Shown: positions 48,472 to 59,292, counted from the first letter of the stretch. The stretch is DNA of 64,000 bases from Candidatus Poseidoniales archaeon (GCA_012960975.1 DUAE01000055.1:41143-105142); one strand, 5' to 3'. Numbers and translations: made by a program. Notes: generated by a model from the sequence alone, not told the origin.

Positions 48472-49278
48472 TCAGGGGGCAATGATTCGTTTCGGATGAG
48501 AATATATTGTAAAAGAATTATTTTTCGCAAATCCAATAAGAGTAATTCCGTGTTCTATGGCTATGTTGATAGAAAGGCCAGTTGGAGCTCCAAGTCCAAT
48601 AATTATTGTATATCCAGCCCTCCTTACCTTGTGCATTATTTCAAAAGATATTCGACCAGAGACCAGAACTATTTGATTAGTTATTGGTAACTGGTTAAGT
48701 TTCAATAATTTCCCAATTAATTTGTCAAACGAATTATGGCGTCCGACATCCTCTGAAAAAAATATAATTTCACCATCATTAGAAAAATGCCAAGTCGCGT
48801 GACTACCTCCAGTTTTGTTAAATAATAATTGTTCACTATGAAGTTTAGAAACGCAATGTGTAATCAAATTATAATCAACTAATACTGATTCCGATAACTC
48901 GGGACCATGTAAATGTAAAAAATTAGATATCGATTCTTTACCACAAATGCCACAAGAAGATGTTGAAAGAATTAATTTTCTATCCGTTTGGGCATTTATG
49001 GGAATATTACTTTTCAAAATTATTTCTATGGAATTATCGTTAGAAATAATTTTTTTAACATCATCATTAGAATTAATCAATCCTTCCGAATAGATGAGAC
49101 CCAAGGCGAGATTCTCATCATCCCCCGGGGTTCTCATTGTAATTCCAAGTGAATGTTCATTGTTTTGAGGATCGATTATCGATATTGATAGAGGGGTTTC
49201 AACACAAACATCATCGTTTATATTCACAATTGAGTTGCCAGTCACTTGTTTGACATTCACCTCCTCGACTCCCGTCAT
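48472..49278 (-). CDS. fdhD: Sulfurtransferase FdhD
   Basis: MRTPGDDE.LA.G...SEG, SSCGICGK, TGGSH, EDVGRHN..DK, SGR.SFE. Confidence 0.9.
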   Translation of the reverse strand: MTGVEEVNVKQVTGNSIVNINDDVCVETPLSISIIDPQNNEHSLGITMRTPGDDENLALGLIYSEGLINSNDDVKKIISNDNSIEIILKSNIPINAQTDRKLILSTSSCGICGKESISNFLHLHGPELSESVLVDYNLITHCVSKLHSEQLLFNKTGGSHATWHFSNDGEIIFFSEDVGRHNSFDKLIGKLLKLNQLPITNQIVLVSGRISFEIMHKVRRAGYTIIIGLGAPTGLSINIAIEHGITLIGFAKNNSFTIYSHPKRIIAP

Positions 49279-49363
49279 ATACCACCCAGTAAGTCATTAG
49301 ATATGTGTTGAATGGTCGATGCAAATTTATAATGTTCAAATAATAGTATGATATCGAACATAT

Positions 49364-49753
49364 ATGGGGATATTGGGGGGCGACGGATTCTCTTTGCCAA
49401 TAGTGAATAGCAACCCCATTGTTTCAGTCTCAATCACAATTACTGATTCTGCCCTCTCTCAGATGGAAAATACACTAAATAATGAAGAAAAAAACCATTG
49501 CCTGATTATCAGTGCCCAATCTGGCGGATGTTCAGGGTATGTATACGATATGAAAATTGATGAAATACCCCAAGACAAAGAACAATTTCAAATATTGTTT
49601 TTTGGTAATATAAAAATATTCATCCATAATGGTGATAGTCACTTATTAAATGGAATTGAACTAGATTACAAAGATAGTTTGATGGGGGGTGGTTTCAATA
49701 TCACCAATCCAAATGCATCTAGAGAGTGTGGTTGTGGCCAATCCTTCGGATGA
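49364..49753 (+). CDS. A-type Fe-S carrier (IscA/SufA/HesB)
   Basis: GGCSG..Y, NPNA...CGCGQSF. Confidence 0.92.
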   Translation: MGILGGDGFSLPIVNSNPIVSVSITITDSALSQMENTLNNEEKNHCLIISAQSGGCSGYVYDMKIDEIPQDKEQFQILFFGNIKIFIHNGDSHLLNGIELDYKDSLMGGGFNITNPNASRECGCGQSFG

Positions 49754-49762
49754 GGCCAGATC

Positions 49763-50677
49763 ATGATAAATGGCGAAACTCCGAATGGAATTTATTACCA
49801 TATAAGAGAAAGGAATTTTACAATTTTACAAGGAGAAAATTCCTTGGATTTTTTGAATCGGATTACAACCAACATGATTCAAAAAAAAACAGACGGGGAA
49901 TTAAATTTCACTCTATTATGTGGGGCTTCTGGAAGGATTGAAGATTCCTTGGAGATAATATTTTCAGAAGAGGGGGTCATTATCATAGGGCTCAGCACCA
50001 ATGGCGATGAAATCCGACAAAAGCTAGTTCAAGGAAAAAATTGGAATGAAAGAATAAATGTTTTGAATGGTGATGACCCGCTTACCTTTTTGACAATTTT
50101 CGGTGAACAACTAACTGAGATTGCTAAATCCTTCAACTTAGAAATGAGTCAGGATGAAACTAATTCGTGGTTTGAAAGGGATTCTAAATTAATTCGTTAC
50201 AACAATACTCTACCAACTTCAATTGACTTGATTTTACAAACTGAATCCCTAAGTAACTTCTTCGACTCTGAAGTTGAAAAATCTTTGAAAATATCTTCTA
50301 TCAACACTTGGAATAAATTTTGTATTGATAATTCAATTCTACAGTATAATGAAATAAAATCAAGTCCATTACCCTTTGAATGTGGTTTAGGCCATTTAAT
50401 TGATCCGAACAAAGGTTGTTATCCGGGCCAAGAAATACATGCAAGAATTGAAAGCAGGGGGAAACAAACAAAATTTATTACTAAATTCGTCGCTAACACC
50501 CAACTTCAATCAGGGAAATATCGTTCGGAAGATGGGAAAAAAATAATTATTACGACTGTTTCAATTATTGAAGACAAAACATACGGAATCGCTATACTAC
50601 CTACTCATTTTCAGGGAAAACATGAAATTAGAATTAACGACAATATACTCACGAAATTGTATATCAAATCATTTTGA
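49763..50677 (+). CDS. YgfZ/Iba57-like folate-binding Fe-S maturation protein
   Basis: Signature KGCYPGQE; N-terminal G....DFL..ITTN. Confidence 0.8.
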   Translation: MINGETPNGIYYHIRERNFTILQGENSLDFLNRITTNMIQKKTDGELNFTLLCGASGRIEDSLEIIFSEEGVIIIGLSTNGDEIRQKLVQGKNWNERINVLNGDDPLTFLTIFGEQLTEIAKSFNLEMSQDETNSWFERDSKLIRYNNTLPTSIDLILQTESLSNFFDSEVEKSLKISSINTWNKFCIDNSILQYNEIKSSPLPFECGLGHLIDPNKGCYPGQEIHARIESRGKQTKFITKFVANTQLQSGKYRSEDGKKIIITTVSIIEDKTYGIAILPTHFQGKHEIRINDNILTKLYIKSF

Positions 50678-51748
50678 ATTCGAAATTTCATCGAAATCGA
50701 ATGATTCACCCCTTTCAATCCATTCTTCAAGGCTCATTAAAGGAGAAATTTGTAAGGATCCTAGGTGCCTTGTAAACAAATATAAAGTGGGAGAAAAATC
50801 TTCAATCATTTGTTTTTGAAAAGTAAATTTAACATTATCACCTCGAGAACGGAAGAAACTCAACTCAATTGCAACACCAATAATTGTCGCAGTGTACAAT
50901 ACAAATAACACACTTAATGCAAAAATTATTGGATCAGAAAATAGTCCATCTGTCCGAAGTTGGCTGCCATAGAATAATTGTCGGGACAATAAAAATACCA
51001 ATCCTACACCTACCCAAGGCCCCAATAAATCTTCAACAAAATTCTCCATTGGAATTAATCGGCGTTTTGTTGGATCTGCAAATACCAGGGAATTAGCAAT
51101 AGCGGCTCTAATTATTGAAATAAAGGCCACCAAAATAATGTAACAAAGGGCAGTAAGGAGAATGATATCTCTAGGCGATAAAGGCAAGTATGAAACTATC
51201 AAATATGCGAATAAACCTAAAAATACTGTTATTGGCATTCTATGAATTGAATTTAGGACGTAATCTGGATTTTTTGCTCCATCATCTAATCGGGGTATCC
51301 CAATAACTTCCCACCTTGTTGCTTTTTGAATAATATGAGCAATTCGGGCTAAATTTCTTTTGTCAATTAATATCCACTCTAAAACCCGCATCATAGGCAT
51401 AAGAGGAATCGCAATGATTGCCGCGAATAATCCAAGGAGAGGCCAAGCAATCAAACCAGGTAATAATAAAAAATGTTGTAATTTCAGAGGGTGGAGTAAA
51501 TCGGACTCAATACGAGCTTGTCTTTCGGGATCAAGGTAAACACGTCTCGCTTCTGCGTCTAATTCAGAACGATATCGTCGCAATGGAATGCCAGAATCAA
51601 GTACGCGCCTGACCTTATCTCGATAATGCTCATGTTCAGGTTCGGTTCCGGACCACCACCGCCACGCAATTGACAATGGAATTGCTAGAAATAAGGGGGA
51701 AAAAAGAATTAGAGTTGCAGTGAACAACGATTCCATTGAGGCCGGCAT
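50669..51748 (-). CDS. Hypothetical multi-pass membrane protein
   Basis: 359-aa ORF with several hydrophobic helices. Confidence 0.65.
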   Translation of the reverse strand: MPASMESLFTATLILFSPLFLAIPLSIAWRWWSGTEPEHEHYRDKVRRVLDSGIPLRRYRSELDAEARRVYLDPERQARIESDLLHPLKLQHFLLLPGLIAWPLLGLFAAIIAIPLMPMMRVLEWILIDKRNLARIAHIIQKATRWEVIGIPRLDDGAKNPDYVLNSIHRMPITVFLGLFAYLIVSYLPLSPRDIILLTALCYIILVAFISIIRAAIANSLVFADPTKRRLIPMENFVEDLLGPWVGVGLVFLLSRQLFYGSQLRTDGLFSDPIIFALSVLFVLYTATIIGVAIELSFFRSRGDNVKFTFQKQMIEDFSPTLYLFTRHLGSLQISPLMSLEEWIERGESFDFDEISNSK

Positions 51749-51886
51749 AAGAATTGCTGCTCCTTATTGTTCAAGAACGAAACGGTTGAAATTCAATATA
51801 ACATGTGATTTTTTGAGGATTGAAAAATCTCCATAGCAAACAATCAATGAGAAATATTCATCATCCCCCTGTCAAGCAATTATCCT

Positions 51887-52864
51887 ATGGCGCGAATAGC
51901 CGTAACAGATGGGATGGATGAAAATGCAGTTAATATTCTTGAAAAATATGGCCATGAAGTTGTCCTTAAACATTATTCCAAAGAGGAATTACTCGGAGGG
52001 GCTCTCTGTGATTACGATGCAGTTGTTATCAGAAGTGCAACAAAATTAACCAAACCGGTTCTACTTGCCTCTATTAATGAGAAAGGTGGAGTTTCATTCA
52101 TCGGTCGCGCTGGCGTTGGAGTCGATAATATCGATATCCCAGTGGCCACTGAAAACAATATGGTCGTTTGCAATACCCCTAGATCATCTACTCATAGTGT
52201 AGTAGAATTAACAATAGGTCATTTGTTAACATCTTGCAGACACATAGCAACTGGGGATCGATTATTGCGTGAAGGAACTTGGGCAAAAAAACAATTGAAA
52301 GGTTCGGAACTTTCTGGAAAAAGATTAGGGCTTATTGGTTATGGAAGAATTGCACAAGGTGTAGGTAATGTTGCCCAATCCCTCGGCATGGAAATCCATG
52401 CATATGACCCATATTTACCTCCAAAAATAGCAAGCAACAACAACGTCACACTTCATAGTGATGTAAATGCTGTATTTTCTATGTGTACACACATTTCTGT
52501 CCATTGTAACCTTACAGATGAAACACATCATTTAGTAAATGAAGATAGATTGAATTTGATGCCGCAAATAGGTGTGGATGGTACGCATTGTGGCAACCAT
52601 ATTGTGAATTGTGCCAGAGGGGGTATTGTTGACGAAGACGCCACCCTATCAGCCCTAGAATCGGGTAAACTGACTTCAGCAGCATTAGATGTGTTTGAGA
52701 CTGAGCCAGCAATAGGAAACCAATTACTAAATCATCAAAATTTTCATGGAACCCCTCATATTGGAGCTGCTACAATGGAGGCCCAATCAAGAATTGGTCA
52801 AGAGATGGCTGCTCAATTGATTGACCATTTTAATGGCCAAAGGCCTCATTCCGCACTAAATTGA
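51887..52864 (+). CDS. D-2-hydroxyacid dehydrogenase (phosphoglycerate dehydrogenase-like, no ACT domain)
   Basis: RSATK, GRAGVGVDNID, GYGRIA, NCARGG, LDVFETEP, TPHIGAAT.EAQ. Confidence 0.88.
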   Translation: MARIAVTDGMDENAVNILEKYGHEVVLKHYSKEELLGGALCDYDAVVIRSATKLTKPVLLASINEKGGVSFIGRAGVGVDNIDIPVATENNMVVCNTPRSSTHSVVELTIGHLLTSCRHIATGDRLLREGTWAKKQLKGSELSGKRLGLIGYGRIAQGVGNVAQSLGMEIHAYDPYLPPKIASNNNVTLHSDVNAVFSMCTHISVHCNLTDETHHLVNEDRLNLMPQIGVDGTHCGNHIVNCARGGIVDEDATLSALESGKLTSAALDVFETEPAIGNQLLNHQNFHGTPHIGAATMEAQSRIGQEMAAQLIDHFNGQRPHSALN

Positions 52865-52902
52865 TTTCATATCTTTCGTTGTTGGCAGCATATTACCGAG
52901 TA

Positions 52903-55371
52903 TCATGAACTTAATTTATGCATATTTATCAACTGAACACTAAAAACTTCTAATTCGACTGGGATTTTGATTCCTTGGATTTCCGAATTGAGTGAAATCC
53001 CCATTTCTTTTTTGGTTTTCCAAACTTTTGAATTGAAATTCATGATTGATTCAGTAGAGGATATTAATTCATCATCTATTCCGATAATTTTAGGGAAACT
53101 GCAAGCGTCAACAGCGCTTTCTCCATAAAGAGTAGTAGATAGGTAATGAGTAAAGAATGGACAAATTGGGCTAAATGCTTGTAAATAATCTCTCACAATA
53201 CGATGAATTGTCCATGCGGCTTTAATATCGCCATCATACAACCTTGATTTGGCCATTTCTAACCAGTGACTGGGGAATACTCCAGTTCCGAAATTTTTCA
53301 GTCCTTGTGATGCAGAATAAATATCAATATTTCCCCACGAATCCTTGGTTTTTTGCATCATTTTACTAAATTCGGACAGAATCCATCGGTCCTCAATATC
53401 TAAATCATCGGGAATTTGATCTAAATCATCGGGAATAGAAAATTGACTTGCAAATCTTACTACATTGAAAATCTTAGTCAAAACTCCAAAATACTTCGCC
53501 TCAATTTCTTCAGGATTGATTTGGAAATCATCACCTACTTGTGCTTCACAAGCCTTCCAAAGACGGAAACATTCACTGCCAATCTTATTCGCACGGAAAT
53601 TTACTTGTTTCCCCTCAAGTCCTTTGATTTTCCAAGAACCAGTTCGTCCACCAGCCCCGCATTCGAGAACCGAGTTAGCATCAATCCCGTTTCCTAAAGA
53701 TTTAGACATTTTTCTCCCCCATGGATCCATTCCTAAACCATCAATCCAAATATTCTCAAATCCGGGTTTATTTAACAATAGTGTACTTTTTAGGAGCGTG
53801 TAGTACAACCAAGTTCGTACGATTTCCTTTCCCTGGGGACGAATAGAGGTAGGGAAAGCTTTGTCGAACAAAGATGAGTCTTGTAAATAACCAGAAACAA
53901 AAAGATTGGAATTCGATGAATCCATCCAAGTGTCGAATACTTTTTCTTCAGGAATTAAAGCCCCTAAATCGTCAATCATTTCTGAATATGAGCCAATTTT
54001 CTCTCTAGTAATCCTATCCAAAACCTCTGATTCATCAGGGGGGTTTTCACGCCAAGGTTGGACATAACTTCCAGATGGTGGTACGATAATCATTTTCTCA
54101 TCCTCTGAATACCAGATTGGTACTTCTGTATGGTACCAGCGTCGACGTGAAATTGGCCAATCAATAGATATTCCATTCATCCAATCATCTAAAAATTGTT
54201 GATTACGAGGGGGAATAAAATTAATTTCTTTGATGTGATTTCTCATTCGATCGAGTGCATCAATTTGTTTGACATACCACTCTTTTAGTAAAATAATTTC
54301 AACTGGATTATTTCCTCTTTCACTCACAGGAATTTCTTGGTCATGATCTTTAATGGAAACTAACGACCCTCTTGCTTCTAACAATAATATGGCTTCCTTG
54401 CGAGCATCAATAACTGATAGATTCTCCAGAGGACCCCCTATTTCAGTAATGTTTCCATCTAAATTTATTGCTACGAAAGGAGAAAGGCCTAATTCCCTGA
54501 ATATCGATACATCATTTTGGTCGCCGAATGAACAAACCATCAATACTCCAGAACCAAATTCCATTTTTACCGAAGGGTGTTGTTTAATCTCGACTAAATT
54601 ACTTCTTCCTTTAGTCGGAAGAGGTAATTCTAACTTCTTTCCAACTAAGTGTGTATACCTCTCATCCTCTGGATGAACAACGACGACACCACAGGCGCAA
54701 ATGAGTTCTGGGCGAGTAGTGCTGATGACTAATTCATCTCCATCTTCTGTAATCCATTTGACATCGCATAATTTGGTTTTGCGTGTAATTCTTTGAACTT
54801 CCGCATCGGCAATAGTGGTTTTTTCAATAGTATCATAGATGTTAGGGCGATAATCTTCAATAATATCTCCTTGCTTGAATAATTGTACAAAAATTGATTG
54901 TGAAGCACCTCTAAATTCAGGTGAGTCAGTAAGGTATTCTTTTTCAAAATCACAAGAAAGACCAACACGGCAAGCAGTTTCACGCATAGCTTGAGTATAT
55001 TCATCGATAGTTTCTCTGCAAATTTCAATGAATTTGCCACGCTCAAAGGTTCTCATTTTTTTACCAGTCTTCTTCTCAACTGTGAATTCAATATTTATCC
55101 CATTTCTATCAACACCCCAAGGGAAGAATACCTCTTTTCCAAGCAATCTTTGGCTCCTAGCAATAACATCAATCATACTGTATTGTGCAACGGCTCCAAT
55201 ATGCCAAGTGCCACTAGGGTAGGGTGGTGGAGTATCAATGATGAAAAGTTCCTTTTCACTCTCAGGATTGAATGAATATCGTGAGGAATAATTTTCTCTA
55301 TAATGTTCCTCTTGAATCCTTTTTTCAAGATCAATGGACCATCTCTTATCACTGATTTTGGGTGTACTCAT
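52903..55371 (-). CDS. valS: Valine--tRNA ligase
   Basis: IDTPPPYPSG, TTRPEL, FGSGVLMVCSFGD, DWPISRRR, FDTWMDSS, RPQG.EI.RTW, KMSKSLGN. Confidence 0.93.
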   Translation of the reverse strand: MSTPKISDKRWSIDLEKRIQEEHYRENYSSRYSFNPESEKELFIIDTPPPYPSGTWHIGAVAQYSMIDVIARSQRLLGKEVFFPWGVDRNGINIEFTVEKKTGKKMRTFERGKFIEICRETIDEYTQAMRETACRVGLSCDFEKEYLTDSPEFRGASQSIFVQLFKQGDIIEDYRPNIYDTIEKTTIADAEVQRITRKTKLCDVKWITEDGDELVISTTRPELICACGVVVVHPEDERYTHLVGKKLELPLPTKGRSNLVEIKQHPSVKMEFGSGVLMVCSFGDQNDVSIFRELGLSPFVAINLDGNITEIGGPLENLSVIDARKEAILLLEARGSLVSIKDHDQEIPVSERGNNPVEIILLKEWYVKQIDALDRMRNHIKEINFIPPRNQQFLDDWMNGISIDWPISRRRWYHTEVPIWYSEDEKMIIVPPSGSYVQPWRENPPDESEVLDRITREKIGSYSEMIDDLGALIPEEKVFDTWMDSSNSNLFVSGYLQDSSLFDKAFPTSIRPQGKEIVRTWLYYTLLKSTLLLNKPGFENIWIDGLGMDPWGRKMSKSLGNGIDANSVLECGAGGRTGSWKIKGLEGKQVNFRANKIGSECFRLWKACEAQVGDDFQINPEEIEAKYFGVLTKIFNVVRFASQFSIPDDLDQIPDDLDIEDRWILSEFSKMMQKTKDSWGNIDIYSASQGLKNFGTGVFPSHWLEMAKSRLYDGDIKAAWTIHRIVRDYLQAFSPICPFFTHYLSTTLYGESAVDACSFPKIIGIDDELISSTESIMNFNSKVWKTKKEMGISLNSEIQGIKIPVELEVFSVQLINMHKLSS

Positions 55372-55522
55372 ATCCAACACTCCGTGTTTTCAATTTGAGT
55401 CTGCGGGCGTTATCTTCTTGACTATTCCCGCAAAGAGAATTGCAATAATATTCCCCCACATGAGAACAAATAATTGCGAGGGGTTGAAGTTCCTCCTTTC
55501 ACCAGATGGAGTTGGTGGTATC

Positions 55523-58444
55523 GTGAGCCAACGTGACAATGAAGAAGATTCTTTGAACACTTCGCGATTTACACATGCTAAAAGCAAAATTACTTCCAAA
55601 TATTCTGAATCAATAAAATCAATTGATAATCTGAATCCTGATGCGATTGCAAGCTCCATCAAAAGAGCACCCAATGCTGTAAAAAGAGCACTAAATAGTA
55701 TGTCTGGTACAGATATTTTAACCAAAGTGCCTGTCATTACAATTATTTTATCATTGTTAGTAACTGGGTTTTTTACAATGCATTCTGGAATTAATGATTG
55801 TAGAGATGGATATGAATATGATTGGTGTTATGAAGAATCCTCAATGAATGTAAATGGTGACCTTGCAGTTTACCTTCCAGAGGGCTCTAACGTGAAGGAA
55901 TTGATCGAGGTTGTTGAAAATGATTGGACGACTAATGTGATGGTCATTTATGTTGAATCGGAAGATTATAACGTTACTACAGTCAGAATCCTAGACCAAA
56001 TTGACGCAATTGAGAATAAGTTAAATCCCACAAGAAATGACGCTGGGGAACAAGATGATATCATCTATGTTCTTTCGATATCAACGGTAATTAAAGAAGT
56101 AAATTCAAGTGCTGTTAGAGTTGCAAAAGCATTTTTTTCTGGATTAGCTGAAGCATCGGGCAATGAAGAATTGTCAGATCAAATGAATGAAACAATAGAT
56201 GAACAACAAGATTTTTTAGGGAATTATGCAATTCCAGATGAACAAGAAAGAATTGACCAAATTCTTGGCGAAATGCCCCAAAACGCCCTTAATAAATTAG
56301 TTCGAGACGTTGGAAGAGAAGAAGCAGTACAAGCTTTTTACTGGAATAGAGCAGTGATAATTTTAGGAATTGCATATAATGAAAATATTAGTGTGTCTGA
56401 TCTTATTGAAGATACTCAGAAAGAAATTAACTTATTAGGGGTAGAAAATAACTGGGATGAAATAAATCTAACAATGACTCTAACTGGCCCAGTGCCAATT
56501 ACTAATGCAGTCACAGAAGAATCATTCAAATTATTTTGGTCCGTTTTTCCTATAGGTGTATTTTTTGTAGCTTGTGGTTTGTTTATTTTCCATTGCGACC
56601 TGCTACAAACTGGGCGTATTAGATGGGTCCAAGGTGTGAAAGTATTGATAATTGCAGGTCTGCCCACCCTGTGTTCAGTTTTCGTAACGATGGGGATTAT
56701 TGGTTTTACGAATTATGAGGTCACTATGACGGTGATATTAGTTGGCCCGATTGTCTTAGCATTGGGAGTGTCGTATGGATTACACATCACAAATAGATAC
56801 GCAGAATCTAAAGGAACACCACAAGAAAAAATGGCTGAAGCATTGAACTCTACCGGAAAAGCGGTTTTTTTATCAGCAGTGACCACAATAATTGGATTCA
56901 TTTCTTTAACATTTACTCCTATGAAACCAATTCAAACAGTGGGTTGGGGGCTTGCAGGCGGGATTGTAGTTGTATACATCATGACAATGGTGATGGTTCC
57001 AAATTTGACCATAATGTTAGATCTAAAAAAACCCTCCCACCCCCCACCTAAATTATTTACAAATGCGGTTGCAGTTCCGATCAAATGGACACGCTTAACT
57101 CTATCAATATTCATTATAGCCATGCTTATTTCATCTGGAATTTCAAGGCATAATGTTGAAGAAAATATCGATTTGTTAGACATGGCGCCTCAAACGAGGA
57201 TGGATGGGACACCAGTACCAGCAGTGCAAAAGATGGGGCAATACAGTGACGAATTCGAAGCAGGACAACCAGGATTTTTGTTGATTCATGGTGACATTAG
57301 CGCATCACCAGAATTATCGGCAACTGGTAATGACCCATTTTCCAACTTAGAAGGTATTGAAAAATTGGAAGCGAATTGTAATTTAGTTTCGAATACAACT
57401 GCAGTTTCGGTTGTGTTTCTCATGAAGGCGGTTGCTGTGAGTGTTAACTTATCTGGTACACCAATATCAGATTTCATCGATGATACACCACTTCCAGAAC
57501 CTATCAAAGACGTCGCAACACTAATTTTTGATAGAGAGCAATCAGGAAACGCTTCTTTTTGGGCGGTGTTAGACACTCTTAGTGTCCAAGAAACAGGGGG
57601 CACCCAGGCTCAAAACTTCATGATTTATGTATTCTATAATAGTTTAACTAAAGAAATGAGGGAATTATTCGTATCATCAGATTACCAGCGTAGTCTGATT
57701 TACATTGATATGCCCTTTATGGATGTTCAACGCACCCAAATAGCAGTAAAGCAGGTTAATGAGTTCGCGAGCCAAGATACTGGTGGAGCTATTACTTCCA
57801 CTGAATTAATCGGTGTTGCTTCCGTGACTATTGAAGTAAACAATCTCATTGTAGGTTCACAATGGAATTCGTTAATCTTTGCATTATTATTTACAGTTCT
57901 AACTTTAGGACTTGTATTCCGTGATATTAGATACGCATTATTAACTACCATTCCAGTAGGATTTACAGTAGGAATGCAATGGTTGGTGATGGATTCAGGA
58001 GGTGTTGCTCTTAATCTCGTTACTGTTATGATTGGATCCATATTGGTTGGAGTAGGTGTAGATTTCTCTATTCATATCGCAAATAGAGTTAAGGAATTAG
58101 GCGGCTCTTTAGAGGCAATCAAAATTTCCTGTGCTAGTACTGGCATGAGCCTGTTCGAATCGACGACTGTAACTGCATTGGGTTTGATGAGTGCCAAATG
58201 GATTCCGATTCCAGCGGTTCAGCCATTTGTCGATGTTGTAATTATCTTACTAATCATTGCTGCAATTTCTGCGTTGTTATTATTACCAGCAATTTACAGC
58301 CTCTTAGTCAAAGCGAATATTGGTCTAACTGGTGGTGTATCAACTATGGTCAAAACAGCAGGGTTGCGCAGAGCTATTGCAAAGGATGAGGCAGATGTAC
58401 TAGATGCATCTTTGGTATTCGGTTCTTCAGATGATGCTTGGTAG
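55523..58444 (+). CDS. RND superfamily (MMPL-like) transporter
   Basis: Two repeats of TM + large soluble loop + TM bundle; GVSYGLHITNRY and GVGVDFSIH; TGKAVFLSA.TT..GF; start placed at GTG 55523. Confidence 0.85.
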   Translation: MSQRDNEEDSLNTSRFTHAKSKITSKYSESIKSIDNLNPDAIASSIKRAPNAVKRALNSMSGTDILTKVPVITIILSLLVTGFFTMHSGINDCRDGYEYDWCYEESSMNVNGDLAVYLPEGSNVKELIEVVENDWTTNVMVIYVESEDYNVTTVRILDQIDAIENKLNPTRNDAGEQDDIIYVLSISTVIKEVNSSAVRVAKAFFSGLAEASGNEELSDQMNETIDEQQDFLGNYAIPDEQERIDQILGEMPQNALNKLVRDVGREEAVQAFYWNRAVIILGIAYNENISVSDLIEDTQKEINLLGVENNWDEINLTMTLTGPVPITNAVTEESFKLFWSVFPIGVFFVACGLFIFHCDLLQTGRIRWVQGVKVLIIAGLPTLCSVFVTMGIIGFTNYEVTMTVILVGPIVLALGVSYGLHITNRYAESKGTPQEKMAEALNSTGKAVFLSAVTTIIGFISLTFTPMKPIQTVGWGLAGGIVVVYIMTMVMVPNLTIMLDLKKPSHPPPKLFTNAVAVPIKWTRLTLSIFIIAMLISSGISRHNVEENIDLLDMAPQTRMDGTPVPAVQKMGQYSDEFEAGQPGFLLIHGDISASPELSATGNDPFSNLEGIEKLEANCNLVSNTTAVSVVFLMKAVAVSVNLSGTPISDFIDDTPLPEPIKDVATLIFDREQSGNASFWAVLDTLSVQETGGTQAQNFMIYVFYNSLTKEMRELFVSSDYQRSLIYIDMPFMDVQRTQIAVKQVNEFASQDTGGAITSTELIGVASVTIEVNNLIVGSQWNSLIFALLFTVLTLGLVFRDIRYALLTTIPVGFTVGMQWLVMDSGGVALNLVTVMIGSILVGVGVDFSIHIANRVKELGGSLEAIKISCASTGMSLFESTTVTALGLMSAKWIPIPAVQPFVDVVIILLIIAAISALLLLPAIYSLLVKANIGLTGGVSTMVKTAGLRRAIAKDEADVLDASLVFGSSDDAW

Positions 58445-58452
58445 TGATATCC

Positions 58453-58926
58453 ATGAGAAATTATTGGTTAATGAAAAGTGAACCTGATGTTTACTCTTGG
58501 TCAATGTTAGTAAAAGACAAATCGACCCATTGGGATGGTGTTAGAAATTATCAAGCCAGAAATATTATGCGAGATTCAATGAAAATGGGAGACTTGGTTT
58601 TATTTTACCATTCAAATTGCAAACCCCCTCACATTGCAGGAATCGCTAGAATCTGCAAAGAAAGTTATCCGGACTTTACATCTTGGGATCCGAAATCAAA
58701 ATATTTTGACCCAAAATCTTCAGAAGAAAATCCAAGATGGTTTATGGTTGACATCGAACCTATTACTGATATTAATACAGTAAATTTACAAGATGCTAAG
58801 GCAAATCAAGATTTAATGGGGTTGCCATTAATTCGAAAAGGGCAACGACTTTCTGTTCAACCAGTTAGTTCTGAACATTTTGAAATTCTGTGTCAAATGG
58901 GTGGAATAAATAGCATACCAATTTAG
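58453..58926 (+). CDS. EVE domain protein
   Basis: YWLMKSEP, WDGVRNYQARN, FYHS, YFDPKS....PRW.MVD, RLSVQPV. Confidence 0.92.
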   Translation: MRNYWLMKSEPDVYSWSMLVKDKSTHWDGVRNYQARNIMRDSMKMGDLVLFYHSNCKPPHIAGIARICKESYPDFTSWDPKSKYFDPKSSEENPRWFMVDIEPITDINTVNLQDAKANQDLMGLPLIRKGQRLSVQPVSSEHFEILCQMGGINSIPI

Positions 58927-58940
58927 TGGGCACGTTCTCG

Positions 58941-59255
58941 GTGGACACTCGTCACAAATGATGAAAATTCACCAATCTCCTCCACTCCGCATTCCCAAGG
59001 CATCCAGCATCCCCGGTCGGGTTGCTCGCTTCCGCGCCTGACCTGGTTCCCGGGCTTAAGACAGTCCGACATTCCCTTCGGAATGACATTGTGCCAACCT
59101 GCATCTCTTGGGGGCGAAGCATCGACGTCAACTGGTGGGTCACCATAAGCTCGTCTGAGCCGCCCTCGAACTTCGGGACACCGTTTTCAACGATTTGTGT
59201 AAAATAGAGCACGTCAACACTCCCCCTAGCCCAGCACTCCTAGGGAAGTGTCCCC
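58941..59255 (-). ncRNA. ffs: Archaeal SRP (7S) RNA
   Basis: Helix-8 motif GGUCAGGCGC-GGAA-GCGAGCAACC (59020-59043, -), helix-6 AUUCC-GAAG-GGAAU, 5' GGACACU pairs with 3' AGUGUCC; GC-rich, about 315 nt; ends approximate. Confidence 0.9.
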
Positions 59256-59292
59256 TATCAACGAATCCCTTTCGGATAGATGATGATTTAGC

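Noticed and set aside
55334-55522. N-terminal extension of the RND transporter
   Set aside because: Overlaps the valS start and the divergent promoter region
58952-59212. 86-aa (-) and 61-aa (+) ORFs in a GC-rich stretch
   Set aside because: They lie within the SRP RNA; chance ORFs in structured RNA
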